From the IMG/VR virus record IMGVR_UViG_3300027833_000028, positions 24,599 through 88,598 of that record: DNA of 64,000 nt. One strand, given 5' to 3'. This DNA comes from a virus. Below, piece by piece: positions 56,682-64,000 of this stretch. The translations under genes were made by a program, and so were the position numbers. How positions within the stretch are numbered: position 1 is the first letter of the stretch; the number at the start of each line of letters is the position of its first letter. The notes below the pieces were generated by a model. It was not told the origin of the DNA and ran no database searches. It saw only the letters and a program-made list of their open reading frames with translations.

Positions 56682-59630
56682 ATGGGCTCATTACTTCAAG
56701 ATGTATTAGGATTATTTTCTAAGAAAAAATTCACACAACCTGTTCCTTACGTACCAAGTAAGGATGACTATTTTGTATTATCTACAAAAGCAGAAAGTTC
56801 ATTAAATGTAATGGCCTACTTGCCAAAGGTTGAACAAACTTTAATCTCAGCTAAAGAATTTGCTGATGCCATAGTAGTAGGTACTAATACTACATATGAT
56901 TATGGTAGTGCACAAGATGGAAACAATGTTGATTTAATACTTACAGGATCTGATGCTACTATAGATATAGTAAAGCTTCTTCCTGGTACTAATATTACTT
57001 TAGCCGATGATGGCTCTAATAATATTACTATAAGTAGTACAGATCAATTTGTTGGAACTGTTACTAGTGTAGACGCTGCTACTAATGGAAATGCAATTGC
57101 AGTCTCTGGAGGTCCTATCACAACTGCTGGTGTTCTTACATTTAATTACTTAGGTAATTCAACTCAGTATGTTAATGGTGCTGGAGACTTAGAAACTTTC
57201 CCAGATTTATTTACTAATTGGAAAATTAATGACGGCTTTGCAACAGGTAGTGTTACTGACGGTGAAGTAGTTCAATTTCTAGGTGGTAATAAAATAGCTA
57301 CATCACTTACATTAGCAGGAGGTAATCCAGAAAAATTAACTATTACTCACCTTGATACAACTAGAGTAGATACAGCATCATCTGAATCACCTGCATTTGG
57401 TACTTCATTTGAGGTTGTTGACAAAATAATTCAAGATGCAACTGGGCATCCTGTACAGGTAAACTTTAAAACAGTAACTCTACCAACACCTGCAGCAGCA
57501 AGTAATACTACATATGATTTAGGTGGTCAAGCAAGCGGTGCTGGTGGTGTAAACTATTCTATAGATTTAAGTGGATCAGACGGCTCATTAGATAAAGTAA
57601 TTCTTGAAGCTGGTAATAACATTACATTAACAGATTTAGGAGCTCCTGGTGTAAAGATTGATGCGGTTGTTCCAGCATTCCCAACTCATGTAACATCTGT
57701 AAATAGTTTGTCTGGTGCACTCAATCTAGTTCAAGGTGCTAATATTACAATATTTGATGATGGAGTAAATAATATAACTATATCTGCGTCAGGTGGATCT
57801 GGTTCTGTTACTAGCGTTGGTTTATCAGCACCTTCAGCGTTTACTGTTTCAGGATCACCTGTAACAGGCGCTGGTACTTTAACATTTACAGGTGCAGGAA
57901 CAACGTCACAATACATAGATGGTACAGGGTCACTACAATCATTCCCTTCTGTAGGAACAGGAACTGTGACTGACTTTGGATGTGATGTAACTCCAGGTAT
58001 AGCAAATTCAATAGTACCTTCTGTAGCAAATTCAACTACCACACCTTTCTTAACTTTAAATTTTCAAGGGGTACCAGCTCAATATGTTAGAGGTGATGGT
58101 GCATTAGAAACATTCCCTGTTATTCCTGCAGCAGTACCAGTGATGACATCTACGGTAACTGGAACAGGTAAACTATGGGATGATACAGTACAGGCAGTAG
58201 CAGCTCAGGCAGTATCAACTACAATAGATAGAACATATGGTGTTCAATTTAATTCAGACCAACAATTAGTTGTAAATGTACCTTGGGCGAGTGGTAGTTC
58301 TGATGATGTGAAATTTAAAATAGACGCAGCAGATACTCAAGCAGGATATTGGTTTGATAAAGTAACTATTGGTAGTGGTTTATCACAATCAGTTAATACA
58401 GATGGAAGCGGTGTTAAAACTACAACTATAAGTGCAGTATCAGTTAATACAGTAAATAGTATTAAGGTAGGAAGCAATACTGAGTCAGGAGCGTTTGAGT
58501 TTGTTGGTCCTGGTGTTAGTATGGTATCAGGCAACCCTAGTGTTATAACCTTTGCAAGTGTATTAACTATAGGAGCAACAACAGCTGGTGATGCATTAGA
58601 TGTTGCAGTAGCAAATGACAGTAGTAATACAGGAGATAGTACTTTAGACTTTACATGGGCAGGCTTGTCTACAGACTACATAGATGGACAAGGTAATCTA
58701 CAAGCATTTCCATCTGTTCCAAGTGTAGTAACAATGACATCATCCGTTCTTGGTATTGGTAAATTGTTTAGTGATGTTGTACAAGCACAAACAGCTCAGG
58801 CAGTAAGTAATGTTGAAAAAAAGACTTACGGTGTACAATTTAATTCTAGCAATCAACTAGTTGTAAACGTGCCTTGGACAGATACTTATACTGGTTGGTT
58901 ACTTGGTGGTGATTTAGGTGCTTCTGAATCTATTGAAAGTGGAAACACAGCAAAGATTGCAGGAGGAGTTGCCTTAACAACTACAGTAACTGCAACAGAT
59001 ACATTAACAATTGACTTAGATAATACAGCTGTATCACCGGGTGCATATACTAATGCAGACATTACAGTAGATCAGCAAGGTAGAATTATTGCTGCTGCTA
59101 GTGGAACTGGAGGATCTGCTTCAGTTGTAGGAACTAATGGTATTACTGCTAATACTGCAGGAGGAGTTGCTACTGTAGAAGTTGATTATCTTGGTACAGA
59201 TAATATTGTTCTTACTGCTCAACAAGCACTTGGCAACGAACCTACTCCAGGAGAAGATCATATTTTATATAATGATGCTAAGACTAATACAGTACAGAAA
59301 GTTTTAATTGAAAATCTATTTGATTCAGGACCAATAGCTAAAACTATATTTTCAGTATTAGATACGGGAACAACAAATGGTATAGTAAAACAAATTGCTG
59401 GTACTTGGAATGGTTTACAAGTAACACCGGGTACCCCTGGTGTTTATGCTGTATCATGGGGAACTCCTTTTCCAACTACAAATTATATTGTTCAGCTTAC
59501 AACTGAAGGATCACCGGGTAATGATGCAGTATATATTACTGAAAAAACAGTTAGTGGTTTTACATTACAATCAACAAATACTGCAGGAGGAAAAATTAAT
59601 ATATTAATCAACGTTGCTATATTTAATTAA
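56682..59630 (+). CDS. Tail fibre protein with internal repeats
   Basis: Four [QD]Y[VI]xG.G.L..FP units; two GKL....Q...A.AVS....TYGVQFNS..QLVVNVPW blocks; PGAYTNADITVDQQGRI motif. Confidence 0.8.
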   Translation: MGSLLQDVLGLFSKKKFTQPVPYVPSKDDYFVLSTKAESSLNVMAYLPKVEQTLISAKEFADAIVVGTNTTYDYGSAQDGNNVDLILTGSDATIDIVKLLPGTNITLADDGSNNITISSTDQFVGTVTSVDAATNGNAIAVSGGPITTAGVLTFNYLGNSTQYVNGAGDLETFPDLFTNWKINDGFATGSVTDGEVVQFLGGNKIATSLTLAGGNPEKLTITHLDTTRVDTASSESPAFGTSFEVVDKIIQDATGHPVQVNFKTVTLPTPAAASNTTYDLGGQASGAGGVNYSIDLSGSDGSLDKVILEAGNNITLTDLGAPGVKIDAVVPAFPTHVTSVNSLSGALNLVQGANITIFDDGVNNITISASGGSGSVTSVGLSAPSAFTVSGSPVTGAGTLTFTGAGTTSQYIDGTGSLQSFPSVGTGTVTDFGCDVTPGIANSIVPSVANSTTTPFLTLNFQGVPAQYVRGDGALETFPVIPAAVPVMTSTVTGTGKLWDDTVQAVAAQAVSTTIDRTYGVQFNSDQQLVVNVPWASGSSDDVKFKIDAADTQAGYWFDKVTIGSGLSQSVNTDGSGVKTTTISAVSVNTVNSIKVGSNTESGAFEFVGPGVSMVSGNPSVITFASVLTIGATTAGDALDVAVANDSSNTGDSTLDFTWAGLSTDYIDGQGNLQAFPSVPSVVTMTSSVLGIGKLFSDVVQAQTAQAVSNVEKKTYGVQFNSSNQLVVNVPWTDTYTGWLLGGDLGASESIESGNTAKIAGGVALTTTVTATDTLTIDLDNTAVSPGAYTNADITVDQQGRIIAAASGTGGSASVVGTNGITANTAGGVATVEVDYLGTDNIVLTAQQALGNEPTPGEDHILYNDAKTNTVQKVLIENLFDSGPIAKTIFSVLDTGTTNGIVKQIAGTWNGLQVTPGTPGVYAVSWGTPFPTTNYIVQLTTEGSPGNDAVYITEKTVSGFTLQSTNTAGGKINILINVAIFN

Positions 59631-59658
59631 TATAACATAAATATTAAAAAAAAAGAAC

Positions 59659-62600
59659 ATGAGTGTTTATATACAAGAAGTCTTAGGGCTATTAAAGAGG
59701 AATAAAAAGAAAAAGAAACTAGACAAAATGAGAGATCATTTTGAGTTTGGTAAGCTTTATCATAACAGCACGCTGAATACAGGTGCGGTTTATAATCCTA
59801 AGATGGAACCTTTTGTAGTAAAATGGGGAGATCTTGTTTGTGAAGCAACAGAAAATTTAACTAGAACAAAACCGGGAGAAGGAAATCTTGGTTTTGTTCC
59901 TGTATACACAACACCTGAAGGTTCTTGTGCATGGGATACTTTAATGGATTCTATCATAACACAAAATGCTATAGGTGATACTATAAATATAGCAGGAGAT
60001 TTATATGTAGAAGGTACCATAACAACTCCTACTCTTACTGAAGACCGTATAGTTATAGTTGGGCCTGGTGGAGTATTAGAAGATGATGCTAACTTTACTA
60101 TGGATGGTGTTACTTTTACTGCATTGGTAAATGTGCAGCACGGTAATGTTGTAGCATCTCCCGGTGTTCCAACAACAACTACAACTCTTAACTCAAATAT
60201 TATACTTAATGGACCCATTACTGATTCACAAGGAAATTTAGGTCAACTATCTCAAGTACTTGTAGGTTTAGCTGACGGAAGAGTAGTATGGTCTGATGAT
60301 GATGTTGTTGAAGCTTTAACTTATGGAAGCTTATGGCAGGGTAATATAAATGACTTAAAGCAAGAATTACCTATAGGAACTGTAGATCAGATTCTTATTT
60401 CTGATGGAATAACTTTTTCTTGGGAAGATAATCCTGCAGCAATTGTAGGTGAAGTTTGTGATATATATAGAATACCATTATGGACACCTAATGCTAATAC
60501 ATTGGGTTGTTCTTTATTAATACAAGATGGTGATTCAGGTACCCCGGCTAGTAAGATTACTAATGACGGTAAACTACAGCAAACAAAAGAATTATTTTTA
60601 GATACAGTAGCACAAGATGATACTCTTACTGAAGTATTAGTAAGAGACACGGGTTCATCTAATGAAGTTAAATTTAGAGATGTATCTACAATTGTACCTG
60701 CAGTAGGTTTTGATACTCTTCCAATGAGTCAAACAGCTGATTGGGATCAATCATCAGGATTTAGAAATGCTTTTGTATATTTAAATGACACAGTTGCTGC
60801 TTCTTATAGAATTATAAAAGGAATGACACCGTTAGAAGATGGTATGACAGGAGTAGTTATAGCAGAAAATGCTAAACTAGGAACTCTTCTCCCTGATGGT
60901 GCAATTAGATTTGGTAATTGGAGTAATGGTTTAACAAATGTAACTAATAGAGTTTCATGGTACGAACCAACAATATCACAGCTTGGATACAAAACTAGTG
61001 ACTTACTATACGGTGAGTCAATCAAAATAAAATATCATTACTATGATGTTAATGCAGGAAGCTCTATTTTATATTGGGAGTCATGCTGTAAACTTTATTC
61101 AAATAATACTTGCCCTGTAACATCAGGAGCATCATATGTTATAGATGAAGATACAAGTTTAACTAACACAATGGTTGTCATTGATGATGGTTACGGTGGA
61201 TATGGAAATCTTTTTCAATTAGTGGGTGCACCACCTGCTAATGGAACATTCGTATTTGATACAAGTACTGGTTCATTTACTTTTACTCCAGATGCAAATT
61301 GGTTTGGTACTACAAGTTTTCAGTTTACTGTTTTTGATGGTTACTGTACATCTAATGTATCTACTATACTAATAGTAGTAAATAATGTAGTTGATCCACC
61401 ATTGTGGACATCTACTGATCCTGTAACTGCAGGAACTTATCCTAATTTAACAGGTAATGATACATGGACATACTCATGGACTACTAATGATCCTGATACA
61501 GCATGTGCTGATTTAGATTATACAATAACAGTTGATGGAGTAGAAATATTTCCAGCAGCGGGATCAAGTTGGTTATCTTTTGTAGACAATAATGATTGTA
61601 CAGGAACTTTATCCGGTACTTATCCAGCAGCAGGAGGAAATTTTGTAGTTCAAATGATTGTTGAAGATCAAGATGGTGGTGCAGACACACAAACATTTAC
61701 AATTGGTGGTCTAGCAGTAACTAAAGATACTTACTTTGTTACTTGGCATGACACTTCAGGATCTATGAATTCTACAATTTTTGAAACAGCACAAATATCA
61801 AGTGTTCCTATTTTTTATGGACAATCAAATGGACAAGGTACAGGTACAACTACATTATTTATGGATCCTGCGCAAAATGCAACAGGTCTTGTTAGTATTC
61901 CAGCTGGAACTACTTCACGAAGTTATCTATTAGTTAGAGCAGGTATGACTGTAACAGGAACTGGAATTCCAGCTAATACTATAGTTGGTACTGCTAACAT
62001 TGGAAGTAATCAAATGGGTTTAGTAAATGCAACATCTGGTCTTCCGGTAGTACAAACCACTAATCTGGGTAATGTAATCACATTTTCATTAACTGATGCA
62101 ATGATACTTGCAGATTATCAAGATCCTAATAACTTAAGAAACCTATTACAAGATTTCTATGCTGTAGGTCTAACTTTAGCACAGGAAATTGCTGGAGGTA
62201 TTACACCTAATCCAGTTACTAATGGTCAAGACATGTATAATTCTCATCTTTATTGGGGTCATTCTGGAGCAGAAAGACAGATTGATATGATGAACAATAG
62301 AGGTCAAGGTACAACAATAGGACCTGGTGGATATTTCCCAGATGCACAAAACTTAATGTTCTTGTGTTTTGCAGATGAATCTAATAATTATGGTCTTGTC
62401 GGTACAGGTAATGGGACATGGGCAGATAGACAGAATTCTATGGTTACTAATATTAATACAGATGTTAACTCAGTTGTAAACTTTATTAATACAGTTGAAG
62501 CAGCAGCAGGTAATAATTCAATATATAGATCTACTTTCTTCCAAGTAAATGGTAGTACTCCAGATTTAGTACCACTAGTTGGTGATGGAGGAAATGCAGG

Positions 62601-62838
62601 TACAGACGGAGGAGGTTTATTACCATTTGGTATTAACGGTTCAGAATTCACACCTCCTGCTGCAACATTTGCAGGATATAGTTCAGCACAATTCCAACAA
62701 GTAACAGCTTGGTCATCAGGTGCACCTATACGTTTAAGATGGAGAAGTGATTTAAATAATAACCCACCAACTCCATCTGCTTACTGGTATGGTCAAATTA
62801 GAACTGCATTAATCAATCATGGTTATACAGGCCTATAA
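59659..62838 (+). CDS. Virion fibre/adhesin with cadherin/Ig-like domains and C-terminal vWA-like domain
   Basis: IDEDTSL..PPANGTF..GSFTFTPDANWFGTTSFQFTVFDG (Big_9/cadherin-like); WLSF..GTLSGT (He_PIG-like); DTSGS at 61750 and LMFLCFADE. Confidence 0.7.
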   Translation: MSVYIQEVLGLLKRNKKKKKLDKMRDHFEFGKLYHNSTLNTGAVYNPKMEPFVVKWGDLVCEATENLTRTKPGEGNLGFVPVYTTPEGSCAWDTLMDSIITQNAIGDTINIAGDLYVEGTITTPTLTEDRIVIVGPGGVLEDDANFTMDGVTFTALVNVQHGNVVASPGVPTTTTTLNSNIILNGPITDSQGNLGQLSQVLVGLADGRVVWSDDDVVEALTYGSLWQGNINDLKQELPIGTVDQILISDGITFSWEDNPAAIVGEVCDIYRIPLWTPNANTLGCSLLIQDGDSGTPASKITNDGKLQQTKELFLDTVAQDDTLTEVLVRDTGSSNEVKFRDVSTIVPAVGFDTLPMSQTADWDQSSGFRNAFVYLNDTVAASYRIIKGMTPLEDGMTGVVIAENAKLGTLLPDGAIRFGNWSNGLTNVTNRVSWYEPTISQLGYKTSDLLYGESIKIKYHYYDVNAGSSILYWESCCKLYSNNTCPVTSGASYVIDEDTSLTNTMVVIDDGYGGYGNLFQLVGAPPANGTFVFDTSTGSFTFTPDANWFGTTSFQFTVFDGYCTSNVSTILIVVNNVVDPPLWTSTDPVTAGTYPNLTGNDTWTYSWTTNDPDTACADLDYTITVDGVEIFPAAGSSWLSFVDNNDCTGTLSGTYPAAGGNFVVQMIVEDQDGGADTQTFTIGGLAVTKDTYFVTWHDTSGSMNSTIFETAQISSVPIFYGQSNGQGTGTTTLFMDPAQNATGLVSIPAGTTSRSYLLVRAGMTVTGTGIPANTIVGTANIGSNQMGLVNATSGLPVVQTTNLGNVITFSLTDAMILADYQDPNNLRNLLQDFYAVGLTLAQEIAGGITPNPVTNGQDMYNSHLYWGHSGAERQIDMMNNRGQGTTIGPGGYFPDAQNLMFLCFADESNNYGLVGTGNGTWADRQNSMVTNINTDVNSVVNFINTVEAAAGNNSIYRSTFFQVNGSTPDLVPLVGDGGNAGTDGGGLLPFGINGSEFTPPAATFAGYSSAQFQQVTAWSSGAPIRLRWRSDLNNNPPTPSAYWYGQIRTALINHGYTGL

Positions 62839-62840
62839 CT

Positions 62841-62878
62841 AAAAGGGCCCGGTTAATTCCGGGCCTATTTATTTTTTG
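62841..62878. terminator. Bidirectional rho-independent terminator between convergent operons
   Basis: AAAA-GGGCCCGG-TTAATT-CCGGGCCT-ATTTATTTTTT. Confidence 0.85.
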
Positions 62879-63159
62879 TTATTTTCTATTTCCTTTTGTA
62901 AGCATGCAAGTGCACGCCAGGCAACTTTTGCTGTATGACGTATTCCGTCATCATCAACTGTTCCAGCATCAATAAGATGTCTAGCTAATGCATCAAAGTC
63001 ATCATTAGACTTATCACGATCCCAATGTAATGGTTTATCTGGATGGTGCTGTTTGTTTCCCTGCAGTGATACACGAGCTATTTCCATAATAGCATCCGGG
63101 AAGTATCTTAATACACCAGTAAATACTGGAGTAGCTTTTCTAGTTTCAGCTTTTTTCAT
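62869..63159 (-). CDS. dATP/dGTP diphosphohydrolase domain protein (DUF5664-like)
   Basis: FPDAIMEIARVSLQGNKQH..HW..DALARHL..RHTAKVAWRALA pattern. Confidence 0.75.
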   Translation of the reverse strand: MKKAETRKATPVFTGVLRYFPDAIMEIARVSLQGNKQHHPDKPLHWDRDKSNDDFDALARHLIDAGTVDDDGIRHTAKVAWRALACLQKEIENNKK

Positions 63160-63359
63160 TTCTTTTTTCTTTTTCTTCTTTCAGCCATAACATCTTCAAT
63201 CTTTCTAACTTCATATGCTCCACAAGGACCATCAGCAGCACGAGATGTTGCTTTCCTATTAGTTCTTTGCCAACTATATGTTTGACTATCTTCATCACAG
63301 GGTATAAATTTAATACCAAGTTTAGAATATTTTTCTATTCTTTTATCTTTTTTTTTCAT
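63156..63359 (-). CDS. Small basic hypothetical protein
   Basis: ATGA-coupled to neighbours on both sides. Confidence 0.65.
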   Translation of the reverse strand: MKKKDKRIEKYSKLGIKFIPCDEDSQTYSWQRTNRKATSRAADGPCGAYEVRKIEDVMAERRKRKKK

Positions 63360-63547
63360 TTGTTTTTATTTTTACGATAGTCCATGATGAAGCCTATTGC
63401 TACGAGCAGGTTTAATCCCATGCTAGCAATAATTTCATGCACATCTTTATATGTATTTATTGATAAGTGAACATGGCCTATAACCCAAAAAGGTATAGCC
63501 ATCTGCTGACTATACCATATTAAAGCAAACTCTAGAAATTTCTTCAT
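63356..63547 (-). CDS. Small membrane protein (start reassigned to ATG at 63547)
   Basis: MKKFLEFALIW...; two hydrophobic segments; A-rich upstream context. Confidence 0.6.
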   Translation of the reverse strand: MKKFLEFALIWYSQQMAIPFWVIGHVHLSINTYKDVHEIIASMGLNLLVAIGFIMDYRKNKNK

Positions 63548-63692
63548 GTGTTTTTCTTTTGTAGGGTGATTAAAGGAGCCAGAGCCCAAGAATGCGTAAC
63601 TCAGGCCCCAGTTGGTTATCTCCTATTCATTTTATTCTTACTACTAATGTAGAGAAAAAATATAGCTAATATAATTACAACGTATATCCTCA

Positions 63693-64000
63693 CTAATCTA
63701 AAAATACATTTTCAATTAATTGTGTATCAGTTATATCTTCATCAACTTCAACAACTTTATTTACAGGATCAGAAATAACAATTACCTTTTCTGATAACGT
63801 TGTTTCTTTATTAAGTGTTGGTTTAGAACTACTTAAGCATTCTGCAACAATAAAGTCATGAAAGTTTTGACTGTCTTGTAACCAGTACCGTGGATGTGCT
63901 TTCTTTAATGCATGTGTAACATGATTGTAAAAAGTCCAACAGGTATTTGATTCTGTCCCATAATGAAATGATGGTTTAGCTAGCTCAGCTTTAATAATAG
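63693..64000 (-). CDS. C-terminal part of a DUF932/DUF3871-like protein (runs off the window edge)
   Basis: Manual translation IIKAELAKPSFHYGTESNTCWTFYNHVTHALKKAHPRYWLQD...; W..YN..T.ALK signature; TAG at 63693-63695. Confidence 0.55.
   Translation of the reverse strand, partial: IIKAELAKPSFHYGTESNTCWTFYNHVTHALKKAHPRYWLQDSQNFHDFIVAECLSSSKPTLNKETTLSEKVIVISDPVNKVVEVDEDITDTQLIENVFLD

Noticed and set aside
16714-62651. Many short ORFs antisense to long genes (e.g. 41339-41998, 49823-50371, 53150-53416, 59790-60218)
   Set aside because: Overlap well-supported genes on the opposite strand and have shadow-ORF composition with no motifs
54460-62838. Diversity-generating retroelement or invertible fibre cassette
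   Set aside because: No reverse transcriptase or recombinase in the window; internal fibre repeats differ at all base types rather than only at adenines
1-64000. Stop-codon reassignment (TAG/TGA) as in some crAss-like phages
   Set aside because: Very long ORFs are intact under the standard code, TAG and TGA end several genes, and no suppressor tRNA was seen
1-64000. tRNA, rRNA, major capsid, portal and terminase genes
   Set aside because: None recognised; intergenic gaps are short and show no cloverleaf, and the head/packaging genes probably lie outside the window

Overview
AT-rich, densely coding 64 kb segment of a large dsDNA phage related to crAss-like phages (Crassvirales), most likely infecting Bacteroidota. 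The host inference rests on Shine-Dalgarno-less A-rich starts, TAnnTTTG promoter boxes and a flavobacterial-type RNR. The + strand carries the virion module: a collagen tail fibre, Cys-rich FN3/vWA proteins, a metallophosphoesterase, an HU/IHF-like protein, ring/tubular proteins, a 2172-aa tail stabilisation (muzzle) protein with an inserted vWA domain, and a block of probable internal/ejected proteins. That block includes a multi-enzyme peptidoglycan hydrolase, a 4599-aa virion RNA polymerase (DFDID plus a zincin HExxH) and a 1923-aa PD-(D/E)xK-containing protein. A lipoprotein, two unrelated holins and three paralogous fibres follow. An inverted nrdBA pair (probable Mn-dependent class Id) interrupts the late region, and a convergent - strand operon (dATP/dGTP diphosphohydrolase-like, DUF932-like) ends the window. 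The most interesting signal is a recurring x-[K/Q/R/A]-x-G-G(E)-type peptide motif at domain boundaries of three cargo proteins and in two tiny basic proteins. It occurs together with a caspase-like His/Cys domain, suggesting a double-glycine polyprotein processing or capsid-targeting system. A shared intergenic motif TTTGTATATTA, often overlapped by inverted repeats, is a candidate phage-specific promoter. All family calls come from motif reading only; no searches were run.
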